Positions 45,831 through 57,977 of a DNA stretch of 64,000 bases are shown here, one piece after another. This DNA comes from an uncultured delta proteobacterium. Lineage in GTDB: Bacteria; Myxococcota_A; Polyangia; Polyangiales; Polyangiaceae. Position 1 is the first letter of the stretch. The number at the start of each line of letters is the position of its first letter. The DNA lies in contig CAWDXG010000003.1 in assembly GCA_963806225.1 (NCBI GenBank), positions 32,001-96,000 of the forward strand. The letters run 5' to 3'. The translations under genes and the position numbers were made by a program. The notes beneath the pieces are model-generated. The model was not told the origin of the DNA and did not search any database. It worked only from the letters and a program-made list of their open reading frames with translations.

Positions 45831-48108
45831 ATGTCAGCGATTCACGTCGTCGTTCGCCCGCGTCCCGAAAACGCTCCTGCCAAGGTGCTCGCGCCGCTCT
45901 ATGGCCTCTTCGATGTGGTCGTGGATGGCGTCAACATCACGGCCCGGATCGGCGAAGGGCAGGCCCTTGCACTCCTGGCGGAGCTCGCCCGGGGTGCAGC
46001 CAACCTGCTGTCCGGCCGGCGCGATCGGGTAACATTGCAGCTCTACGCCGCCGACGAGGCGTGGGAGCTCGGCCTGGAGCGGGACGGCATGGACGCGTTG
46101 ATCACCGTCTATCGCACCGGACGCCGTCCGGATGTCGCGGTGCACGAGCGCCGCGTCGCCCTGTCCGCGCTGCGCGACGCGGTGCTGGAAGCGATGGACG
46201 AGCTGCCCGTGCGGTCGCCGGTGGCGATCGCGGCAGCGCGCCGGACGCTCGCGGAGGCCTGGCCGCCCGTGGCGTGCGGCGAGCGCGAGGAGCACGAAGT
46301 GAAGATCGCTCCGCGAGCGGTCCAGGGCTTCGGATTCCAGGCGAGCGGGATGTTCCGCGTCGCAGCCCAGGGCCCGGCGGCGGGGGCTGACCCGCAGCTC
46401 GAGCGCGCCGATCTGCACGCGCTGTTGATCCGCGGTCCGCTGTCCGTCGTGGTGCGGGGTCGCCGCGCGGAGCTCGGTCCGGCGCACCTGTTCCTGGTGG
46501 CCGAGCAGCTGCTGGTCCTGGCCGACGACGTGCTCGAGGCCTGGCAGACGGCGCGCCCCGTGTTCCGGCGCCTCGACATCGCCGGAGCCAGGCTGGCGCT
46601 CCGGCGCGGACCCGGCGATGGGCCGCTGTCGGTGAGCATCGGCGGTCCGGACGTGCGGGATCGCGGCGAGCAGAGGACCTTCCCGGAGGTCCCGCCGGCC
46701 GCGTTCGTCCAGTCGTCGCTGCGTTTCGCCCGCCAGCTCGCGCAGGCCTTCGTCCAGTACGATCCCTCCCAGCAGCGGAACCTGCGACTGGCGGCCCTGC
46801 TCTCCACCGCCGACTCGCTCGAGGAACGCGCCGACGACACGGGCGCGGAGGACGCGCTGACGAACCCCGAACCGGAGAGCTATCGCTCCTTCCCGCTGCC
46901 GCGCCGCCGTTCGGAGAGCCGGGGACTCTGGGAGCACGGCGGACGCATGCGCTTCGTCCCGCGCTGGGTCGCCACGGTTCCCAACATCGATCTGCGCGCA
47001 ACGTTCCTGTGCGGAGACGCGCTGATCGTCGGCTCTGCGAGGGAGACGGCGTGCATCCAGCGCTCGGACGGCAACGTGGTGTGGCGCATCCCGACTCCGC
47101 GCGCCGCGAGCGTCGTGACGCCCTCGGGTCTGGCCCGGCTCTCCACCGACGGGCGCATCGCCCTGCACGATCTGGCAAGCGGCGAGGTCCGCTTCAGGAC
47201 GAGGCTCGAGCCGCGAGCCGGCGGAGGCGCGACGGGAGCCGTCGTGCACACTCCAGGGCTGCCGAAGCTGCTCGTGGTCGCCGAGGGGGATCGCCGCATC
47301 ACGGCAGTGGACCTGGTTTCGGGCGACGTGCGCTGGCGGCACACGGCGAAGCGCGCCGCCAGCTACCGCGTCCGCCGCGCGGGCAAGCTGCTGCTCGTGG
47401 CGGGCGGCGACTCGGCCCTCGTCGCTCTCGACGTAGCCAGCGGAGAGGTCGTGTGGCGCGTGCGTGATCGCCTTCCCTTCCCTGGCGACGTCACCGGTGG
47501 ATCACGACGCGGCCTTCGCGATCAGCGGCGCGCTGCACGGACCGGCGCGGCTGCATCACCTCGACCCGTTCTCCGGTCAGGTGCGCTGGAGCATCGATGT
47601 CGACGATCGCCCGCAACCCGGTCAGGCACCGCTCGTCACACCCGACGTGGTGGTGGTGCCGACCCGCGACCGCCGCGGCGTAGGCGCGCGCGCCTACGAC
47701 CGCCGGAGCGGCGAGGAGCTGTGGGAGCACACGCCGGGACTGGCGTCACCGACCACCGCGTGGCTCGCCGTCGACGACGCGATCGTAGCGAACAGCGCCG
47801 CCGGCACGCTGATCTGCATCGAGGCAACGAACGGAACATTGCGCTTCAACCACGTGTTCTCGAGACACGTGGACGCCGACCAGCCGCGGCGCCTGGAGCC
47901 CGTCCTGCGCAGCGGCGCCCTGTTCGTGCCGCAGCACCAGGTGCACGTGGTACGGCCGCGCGACGGCGAGATCATCGGCACCGTCCCGAGCGACCTGATC
48001 CCCGATCTGCTCCGCGTCGACGAGCGCTGCGACGTCTACGTTGCCGAAGAGAGCGGCCACCTCGCCGCCTTCGGCGCGGCAGCAAGGCTCGCGCTGGTGA
48101 AGGGGTAG
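45831..48108 (+). CDS. PQQ-like beta-propeller repeat protein (frameshift near 47495)
   Basis: Repeated ALDxxSGxxxW blades. C-terminal frame 47464..48108 ends RLALVKG*. Confidence 0.8.
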
Positions 48109-49445
48109 AGCGAAGCGAGCCCCGGCGCAGCGAAGCAAGCCCGCGCCGAGCGCAGCGAAGCGAGCCCCGGCGCCCCACCGCCGTAGGGCGAAGCGAAGCA
48201 AGCCCCGGCGCAGCGAAGCAAGCCCGCGCCGAGCGCAGCGAGGCGCGTCGGGGGTCCGGGGGCGGTGAGCCCCCGGCGGAGGATTCCGGCGGGGGTGGGC
48301 GGGCGGGACACAAACCATCTCACGCCGCACATTGCCGTAGGGCGAAGCGAAGCGAGCCCCGGCGCCCCACCGCCGTAGGGCGAAGCGAAGCGAGCCCCGG
48401 CGCAGCGAAGCAAGCCCGCGCCGAGCGCAGCGAGGCGCGTCGGGGGTCCGGGGGCGGTGAGCCCCCGGCGGAGGATTCCGGCGGGGGCGGGCGGGCGGGA
48501 CACAAACCATCTCACGCCGCCCATCGACGTAGGGCAAAGCGAAGCGAGCCCCCCGTTCCGCGCCGTAGGGCGATGCGAAGCGAGACCCCCGCCACACGCC
48601 GTAAGGCGCAGCGAAGCAAGCCCGCGCCGAGCGCAGCGAGGCGCGTCGGGGGTCCGGGGGCGGTGAGCCCCCGGCGGAGGACTACGGCGGGGGCGGGCGG
48701 GCGGGACACAAACCATCTCACGCCGCCCATCGACGTAGGGCAAAGCGAAGCGAGCCCCCCGTCCGCGCCGTAGGGCGAAGCGAAGCGAGACCCCCGCCAC
48801 ACGCCGTAAGGCGCAGCGAAGCAAGCCCGCGCCGAGCGCAGCGAGGCGCGTCGGGGGTCCGGGGGCGGTGAGCCCCCGGCGGAGGACTACGGCGGGGGCG
48901 GGCGGGCGGGACACAAACCATCTCACGCCGCACATTGCCGTAGGGCGAAGCGAAGCGAGCCCCGGCGCCCCACCGCCGTAGGGCGAAGCGAAGCGAGCCC
49001 CGGCGCAGCGAAGCAAGCCCGCGCCGAGCGCAGCGAAGCGAGCCCCGGCGCCCCACCGCCGTAGGGCAAAGCGAAGCGAGCCCCCCGTTCCGCGCCGTAG
49101 GGCGATGCGAAGCAAGCCCCCCGCCCATCGACGTAGGGCAAAGCGAAGCGAGCCCCCCGTTCCGCGCCGTAGGGCGATGCGAAGCGAGACCCCCGCCACA
49201 CGCCGTAAGGCGCAGCGAAGCAAGCCCGCGCCGAGCGCAGCGAGGCGCGTCGGGGGTCCGGGGGCGGTGAGCCCCCGGCGGAGGACTACGGCGGGGGCGG
49301 GCGGGCGGGACACAAACCATCTCACGCCGCCCATCGACGTAGGGCGAAGCGAAGCGAGCCCCCCGTTCCGCGCCGTAGGGCGATGCGAAGCAAGCCCCCC
49401 GCCCATCGACGTAGGGCAAAGCGAAGCGAGCCCCCGCCCCATCGC
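48105..49445 (+). repeat. Mosaic REP-like array: about 16 GTAGGGC-tagged units plus five copies of a long module of about 120 bp
   Basis: GTAGGGC(G/A)AAGCGAAGCGAGCCCC-type units are all head-to-tail. The module ending GGGACACAAACCATCTCACGCCGC occurs five times. Lies between convergent genes. Confidence 0.93.
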
Positions 49446-49459
49446 CATAAACCGAACCC

Positions 49460-50284
49460 CTACCCGCTGTGCGCTTCCCCGCCGTCGACGAACAGCGTGT
49501 TGCCGTTCAGCCAGTACGTGCAGGGCTGGGCGAACGCGACGAGCGCCTGCGCGACGTCCTCGGGCCGCGTGAGGCGATGGAAGGGGTTCTTGCGCACCGC
49601 GACCTCCACCATGCCCTCGTTGTCCGGGATCTTCTTGAGCGCGGGCGTGTCGGTGACGCCGGCGCAGATGGCGTTGGCGGTGATGCCGCGCGGGCCGAGC
49701 TCGAGTGCGAGCTGGCGGATGTGCGATTCGAGCGCGGCCTTGGCGGCGCTGACGGCGCCGTAGCCCGGCCAGACCTGCATCGAGCCGGTGCTGGTCATCG
49801 CGTAGATGCGCGCCTGATCGCAGAACAGGCCGCGATGCAGGATCCCCTGCGTCCAGTACACGAGGCTGTTGGCCATCACGTCGAGCGTCATGTCCATCTG
49901 CTTCTTGTTCACCTCGTCGGACGGGTCTTCGCCCGCCAGCGCCTTGAGCGTACCGAACGCGAGCGAGTGGAGCAGGACGCGGACAGTCTCGTTCTTGCCG
50001 CTCTCCTTGAAGCGCTGCACTACCTGGTCGAGCACCTCGTTGCGCTTTCCCTCGTCGGCTGCGTTCACGTTGAAGAACCACGCCTCGCGACCCTGCTCGC
50101 GGATCCGCGCCGTGATGCGCTCGACGTTCGGCATGGTGGAGCGCCGGTCCAGATGGACGCCGATGATGTCCACTCCCGCGCGGGCCAGTGTGACGGCCAC
50201 TTCCTCGCCGAAGCCGCTGGAAGCACCGAGGATAAGCGCCCAACCGTCGAGAGGGGGCAGGGGCATGTCGTTGGTTCCGGTCAT
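49460..50284 (-). CDS. SDR-family enoyl-ACP reductase (FabL/FabI-like)
   Basis: GASSGFG, Y-x6-K active site YGAVSAAK, GVTDTPAL, NGNTLFVDGG. Confidence 0.8.
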   Translation of the reverse strand: MTGTNDMPLPPLDGWALILGASSGFGEEVAVTLARAGVDIIGVHLDRRSTMPNVERITARIREQGREAWFFNVNAADEGKRNEVLDQVVQRFKESGKNETVRVLLHSLAFGTLKALAGEDPSDEVNKKQMDMTLDVMANSLVYWTQGILHRGLFCDQARIYAMTSTGSMQVWPGYGAVSAAKAALESHIRQLALELGPRGITANAICAGVTDTPALKKIPDNEGMVEVAVRKNPFHRLTRPEDVAQALVAFAQPCTYWLNGNTLFVDGGEAHSG

Positions 50285-50792
50285 CTGTCCGCCTGTCTAC
50301 TACAACCCTGCGCCGTTTCGTCCGGTCGCTCGACGGTCCACCCGGCAGGAGCAACGGTCCGCCCACCTCGTCGGCCTTTTCCCGCACGAACCGGGCGATA
50401 CGCCGGAATGGCACTCCGGTGGGGCAGACGGTTTCCTTGTTCGCGAGCACGTCCTCGGGCACGTGCTCGAAGGCCACAGCCGCCGCGCGGAAGTCCGGCA
50501 TGCTGCGCGAGCCAGCCAGGATCAAGCTCATCACGCCGCGATAGGCACCGCCGGACGCGGCGATGCGCCCTGCCTCGCCGCGGTCGCACAGCCCGCACGC
50601 AATGCAGCGTCCGAAGCTACCAAGCCCGCTGCGCTCCTCTTCGCTGAGCGGCGGGAGCGCGTCGGCGTCGTAGTTCTCGCGGAACGCCGCGATGCCCGCG
50701 CGCCCACCGCCGAACGCACGCCGGACCAGCGTCCGGAGCAGGGCCAGCGCGAGCAGCAAGAACGCCTTCAGACGACCCGACACGCGCGACAC
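50281..50792 (-). CDS. Small membrane-anchored Fe-S-like protein (3' frameshift)
   Basis: N-terminal TM, CIACGLC motif, CPTGVP. Confidence 0.6.
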
Positions 50793-50969
50793 GCTAGACC
50801 ACGATGCCCGCTTTGACCACGGCTTGCCCGCGCCGCGGAGCGGGGAAAAAACGCGGCGCCCGGACGTAACAGAAGAGGGGGGTGGGCCGTAACCGCGTGA
50901 CGCCTGGAAGGTGACGCTGTTACGCCCTGTTACGCATCACAAGTGCTGGATATCACACGGCTGTTCCGC

Positions 50970-50985
50970 TGGCACGCGGCGTGCT
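50970..50985 (+). promoter_or_regulatory. Candidate sigma-54 -24/-12 promoter for the ECF sigma gene
   Basis: TGGCACG-CGGC-GTGCT has the correct GG-N10-GC spacing. Confidence 0.6.
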
Positions 50986-51042
50986 CCAGGGGCCGGCAAG
51001 CCACCGCATGGTGGACCCGAGCTTCGAGGAGGCCTTTCGATC

Positions 51043-51718
51043 ATGTTCAGCACCCAGACAGCCCAGACCCAGCGCCGAGACCAGCCCGCGACCCGACCCC
51101 AACCGACCCAGGTCGAGCGGAGCGGCGGGTTGGACGACGACCGCGCGCTGCTCCAGGCAATGCTGGCGGACGACGAGGACGCCTGGCGCGAGTTCAACAC
51201 GCGCTACTCGCGGCTCATCTACCGCTGCATCACGCGCGTGACTGCCCGCTTCAGCGCAGTCGTCGGTCCCGACGACGTGCGCGAGATCTACGGCATGGTC
51301 TGCATGGGGCTGCTCGCGAACGACAAACGCAAGCTGCGCAGCTTCGAGCCCGGCCGCGGAAACAAGCTCGGCAGCTGGATCGGCATGCTCGCCATCCACA
51401 CCGCCTACGATTTCCTGCGCGGCGTCAAGCGCGAGCCGAAGCGCGGCTGCTTGACCGAGGCGGAGGCGCTGTCGAGCGAGCTGCCCGATCCCTACGAGGT
51501 CGTGCGTCATGCGCCAGCGCGCCGGCATCGTGACCTCGCTGCTCGGGCGCTTCAGCGACAAGGACCGTGAGTTCATCACACTGTACTTCGGCGAGGGCCT
51601 GGAGCCCGAGCAGATCGCCGAGCGCATGGGCATCAGCGTCAAGACCGTCTACTCCAAGAAGCACAAGATCCGCTCCCGGCTGGAAGCCCTGCTCGCCGAG
51701 CGTAAGCTCGCGGCATAG
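51043..51718 (+). CDS. ECF-type sigma-70 factor (frameshift near 51500)
   Basis: DEDAWREF...YSRLI, SWIGMLAIHTAYDFLR, region 4 EQIAERMGISVKTVYSKKHKIR. GAGGAGG RBS. Confidence 0.85.
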
Positions 51719-51785
51719 CGCGTCTTTCCCTGACGCCCGTCAGGAGCCCAGCACCCACGGCGGCGGCTGTGCTAGACGGTTCTCC

Positions 51786-52593
51786 GTGCGCGTATTCGCC
51801 AACGTCCTCGTCGCCCTGCTCGTCGCCGGCTGCAGCGGCGGCCAAGGTGGAGACTCGGTGCCCCGCGGCGCTCCGTCGGTCACGGGCAACGGCTACGAGC
51901 TCTCCACGCTGAACGATCCGTCGAAGCCAACGCCCTCGCCCGACAAGGACATCGAGGTGACCGGCGTCTCGGTGCTCGCGGTCGACAACTTCGACGAGAC
52001 CAAGGACGGCAAGAGCGACGGCAACATCTACGTCGAGGATCTGGTCGACCCCAAGGGCAAGGACAACCTGGCGGCCGGCTACCATGGCATCACGGTGTTC
52101 GGGCCGAGCTTCAACCCGCCAGCGTTGCGGGTAGCACCCGGCGATGTCGTCGACATCCGCGGGCGCTACCAGGAGTTCGGCGGCCCGACGAGCTTCCCCT
52201 TCCCCAAGGGACAGGTGCTGCCCGAGCTCGTCGGCGGCACCATCTCGCTGCGCTTCGAGTACACCGAGCTCGATCCAGTCACGATCGACGTGAAGGATCT
52301 GGTCGACTACAAGACCGGCCGCAAGTGGATCGGCATGCTGGTCAAGGTAGAGAACGTGAAGCTCTTTTCGGACGGCGCCGACGGGGGTTCGGGGCGCTAT
52401 TCCGCACAGCTGAACGTCGGGGCCGGCGTGCCGCTCGGCCAGCTCCCGACGGTGACGAACGCGCTGTTCGATCTCGGCGCGACCAAGCTGCCGATGACCG
52501 CGGGCACGGTCTACAAGTCGATCGTCGGCGTTGTGCAGTATTTCCAGAACTTCAGCATCGCACCGCGTTCCGTCCGAGGATCTCGCTCCGTGA
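51786..52593 (+). CDS. Lipoprotein with probable OB-folds
   Basis: Lipobox VAGC, GNIYVED, GITVF, PGDVVDIRGRYQEF, WIGMLVKVENV, IAPRS. A re-framed TGA at 52591 overlaps the next GTG. Confidence 0.65.
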
Positions 52594-55012
52594 GGCCGGG
52601 CGCGCTGCGGGCACTCGGCGCCGCGGCGGTCCTCACGACCAGCGGCGCGTTGTCGAGCTGCCACGTCTTCGGGCCGGCGCGCTACGGCGCCGCACCGTTG
52701 CCGGCTCCCGCGCCGACCGTGCCGGCGCGCGTCGAGCTGCGCGAGGTCGAGCACCGCCCGCGCATCAGTCTTGTCGCGCGCATGGGCGACCCCTCCCCCG
52801 CCGTCGCCATGGCGGTGGCCAACGATCTCGGCTCCGAGGCCTCCACCGCCCTCGCTGCGATCCTGCAGACGCGGCTGGCCACGTCCGGCTTCCCGCACAC
52901 GCAGACCCGACCCCACGCGCTCGGCCTACAGGTCCGCACGCTCGTGCACTCCGCGGCGGAGGCGGGAAAGTTCGTGAGGATGGCGACGCGCGCGCTCAGA
53001 ACGCCGGTTTCGACGCACGACCCCGCGCTACCCGCCATCGCCCACGCGCTATCCGCGCTCAGAGCGCGCTCGCTCTCCGGCGAGGCCGAACAGGCGGCTG
53101 CGGCGTGCACGGGCGAGCTCGGCATCCGCCTGGGCGAAAAGCTGATCGACCCCGCGTCACCGGCGGGACGCGCTCGCATCGAGGCGTGGCGCCAGCGCGT
53201 CGCGACGGCACCCTCCGTGGCGTTCGCCGCGCTGGGGCCCAGCCCGCTCCTCGACGCAGCGGCCCGCGCGCTGAGCCAGACCGAAGCCTGGCCCGAGACG
53301 CCCGCGCCCACCGATCCGTGGCCCGCGCGCGACGTAACCGGCGTGGCCGGCGCCAGCGACGGCGCGCGACGGCTGTCGGTAGCGCTACGCATCGGCGATG
53401 GCAGCGTCGCGATCGAGGCCGCGCGCAAGCTGGCCCAGCCGCACTCGGCCCTGTCAGAGCGGCTCGGCTCGATGCAGCCGCCGTGGGAGCTCGACCGGGT
53501 GGTCGGCACCACGCGCCCTCGCGGCGCGTGCGTGAGAGTCGACGTACGCGCGCAGATCGACGACCCCGCTCCGCGCATGCCCCAGGTGGCAGGCGCCGCG
53601 CTCGTGGCGCTCGGCGAAGTGCACCGCGCACTGCACGCCGCGGCTTCCAGCGAATGGACGCTCGAGGACAGCGTGCTGCGTCCGGCCGACCCGCGCGAGG
53701 CGGCGGCCGTGGCCGCGTGGCGCGCGCTCAGCGGTCGCCTCGAGCCCGGACCGGCGCGCACGGTCGTGAGCTACGCCGCCCACCGGACCGAAGCAGGCGG
53801 CCACGCCAGTGCAGCGCTGGAAAAGGCCCTGCAACAGCAAAGCCAACGCTGGCGGCACAGCTCGCTCGAGCAGCGCGCTCGCGTCGAGCCGGGGCAAGGC
53901 GAGCTGTGGGCCCTGCTCGCCACTCCCTGCGGCACCGTGGGCGAATCGGCCGACGACGCGGGACTGTCGGCCATGGTGGTCCGTTCGCTGACCCGGAAAC
54001 GCCCTCGCATCGGCGACGTCCGCTTCGAGCCATGGGTCACGCCCGATGGCGTCGGACTTCTCGCCCACGCACCGAGACAGGGCCCACAGGACACGCCGCA
54101 GAAGCAGGCCGAGCGTGTCGGCAACGCGCTCGGACGCGTTCTGGTCACGACCGGGCTCGGCGGCACGGACGTGGCGGAAACGCGCGCGCACCTGCTGCAC
54201 GAGCTCGGCCCCGGACCCGAGCCCGGCTGGTGGCTGGCGCTGGAATCCGCGGCTCCGGACCACCCCTCCTGGCTCGAGCCGCGAGGGACCTGGCAGTCGA
54301 TCACGGGTGCGGCAACCCGCGACGTCGAGGAGCGCCGGCGCGAGCTGGTCCGCGGTCCGCTGCGCGTGGCGGTGATCGCGAACTGGGACCAGGCGCAGGT
54401 CGCCACGCTGTCGTCCGCGCTCGACCGCTGGCTCGCGCCGTTGCGCCCGGACGCGCGCCAGTGCCCTGGCGCCGCGAAGGTCACGCCCCGGCACGGCGAG
54501 CTCGAATCTGCGAGACCAACGCTTCGGTCGAACCGCGAGCCGCCGCCTATGTCAGCGTGCCGCTCCGCCCGGCAGCGTATGGGCTTGTGCGCGAGGCGGA
54601 ATGGACCGCGCTCTTGCTCAACCGTCGGGGCGGGTGGCTGGACCAGGCACTCCGGCTGCCCGATCTGGCGTCGTCGGCGCACGCGACCGTGCTCGGGGGA
54701 CGCCACGCGGCGGTCCTGCTCATCGAGATCACGGCGGTCGACGACAAGCTCTCCGATGCGATCGCGCAGGTGCGCGGCCTGCTCGACCGACTGGCGCACG
54801 GTGCCGCCAGCGCGGACGACGTAGCGATCGCACGCCGGCGTTTCCAGCAGCTGGAGACCGCCGCTTCATTGAATCCGCGCCGTCGCATCGTCGACCTGTG
54901 GCGCGGCACCGCGCCGCGGCGCGCTCCGGATCTGGCCTCGCTCAGGCGCTTCCAGCGCGAGGCCTTCCGTCCCGGCCACGAGATCGTCGTCCGCGTCCAT
55001 CAGCGGGACTAG
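52590..55012 (+). CDS. Large lipoprotein, possibly inactive M16 peptidase-like (frameshifted)
   Basis: Lipobox ALSSC, long Ala-rich frame with M16-like segments (GPLRVAVIANWD). No HxxEH seen. Confidence 0.5.
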
Positions 55013-55086
55013 AACGGCGGGCTCGGCGGACGAAAGCGGCCGGCAGCGTTTTCCGCGCGGCCCGGTCGTGCTAGCTGCCACAGGCG

Positions 55087-56640
<1,554 letters not shown>

Positions 56641-56644
<4 letters not shown>

Positions 56645-56975
56645 GGTCGCCTGCAAGAGCGCGGCTCCGCGCGTCGCGCTGCTGCTTGCCCTGGGGCTGT
56701 CGCCTGCCCTGGCGGCGTGCCACGCCGCAGTCGGACCGGCCGCCGTGGATCTCGAGTTCCGCGCGTCGCAGCGCGCGGCCGGCGACGCGTCGGTGTACAT
56801 CGACGAGGAGTACGTCGGACCGCTGGGCTACGTCGCGGCGCGCGGAGTGCGGCTGCCCGTCGGCGAGCACCGCATCACCATCACGAAAGACGGCTATTTT
56901 CCCTGGGACCGCCTGGTGGAAGCGGACCGGCAGCCGATCCGCCTCGACGTCGAGCTGGTGCCCGTCCCGGACTAG
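56641..56975 (+). CDS. PEGA-domain lipoprotein (frameshifted N-terminus)
   Basis: [12 protein letters not shown]...[18 protein letters not shown]. Confidence 0.75.
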
Positions 56976-57130
56976 CGCGCGCAGTTCGAGCTGGCCGCGC
57001 GGCGCGCTTCCCCCGCTGAAGGCAGGCGGCAGGTCCGTGGACCGGAGGGCGACGTTCCAGACGGGCGGGCCCCGAACGCGGTTGTTGATCACGTCCGGCG
57101 TTGCCGCTGCTATAGTCTGCGCTCGAAATT

Positions 57131-57207
57131 CGGGGTGTACCTCAACCTGGTAGAGGGCCGGCTTTGGGTGCCGGCTGTTGGGGGTTCAAATCCCTCCACC
57201 CCGACCA
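57131..57207 (+). tRNA. tRNA-Pro (TGG)
   Basis: Acceptor CGGGGTG/CACCCCG, D-arm CCTC/GAGG, anticodon arm CCGGC-TTTGGGT-GCCGG, TTCAAAT loop, encoded CCA. Extended -10 TGCTATAGT upstream. Confidence 0.95.
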
Positions 57208-57545
57208 GAACTTCCGAACCGCGCGGTGGCCGAGAGGCCGGCCACCGCGATGCGGCAAAGGCCACGAATGCCACGCGAAAACTGCGCGGCGACCTTGCGG
57301 AAGCTTTCCGCCACGACGACATGCGCTCGCGCCGTGGAGCTCGCTCCCGACGAGGCAGCGGCGGACGGCAAAACCGCTTGCACCCACTCACCCGGCACGC
57401 GCATTCCTACAATTCCTACGAAACGACACACGCATTTTCCTGATGCGAGTGTGCCCATTCCGATTGCCATCTGCTGTGGCTCCTCTATTCTAAGTTCAGG
57501 TCAGAATCTCCGAGGCGCGCCTTCGGGCGAGCAGAGGCAAGGGGA

Positions 57546-57878
57546 ATGGCAAAGAAGAGCACAACTACAAAGCAATGCAGCAAATGCTGGCGGCCGGCAG
57601 CACCCGGACGAAAGCAGTGCAAGTATCATCTGGCGTACTTCCGCAACTACCGGCGCAAGCGGCGGGCAGCGGGGTTATGCATCGACTGCGGTGCAACATC
57701 TCCCGACTACCAGCTCTGCGATGCGTGCGCGGAGCGGGCGGCGACACAGATGAAGAAGCGCTACTACCAGCGTCGGTCGTCGAACAAGTGCACGGCATGC
57801 GGCGCCCCCTCCAGGGGCTACTCGCTCTGCGACGCCTGCACCGAGCGCAAGGCAAGCCGGCGTAACGCCAGCGCCTGA
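57546..57878 (+). CDS. Small basic protein with three CxxC-x9-Cxx(H/C) putative zinc fingers
   Basis: CSKC...CKYH, CIDC...CDAC and CTAC...CDAC, separated by Arg/Lys-rich helices. GGGGA RBS. Confidence 0.7.
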   Translation: MAKKSTTTKQCSKCWRPAAPGRKQCKYHLAYFRNYRRKRRAAGLCIDCGATSPDYQLCDACAERAATQMKKRYYQRRSSNKCTACGAPSRGYSLCDACTERKASRRNASA

Positions 57879-57977
57879 GCCCGGAGTCCGCGCGCTGCGT
57901 CGCGGCGCGTGAAGCTCCAGGCTCTGCTGCTGCACGACAACGAACAGGAGCGCCGCCCGCGCTGGGGCGTGCGGCAC

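Noticed and set aside
48105..49445. CRISPR array, or coding repeats in ORFs 45810..48773 and 48036..50792
   Set aside because: Inter-repeat segments recur rather than being unique. The long ORFs come from stop-poor GC repeats joined by frameshifts, and the real genes end at 48108 and 49460.
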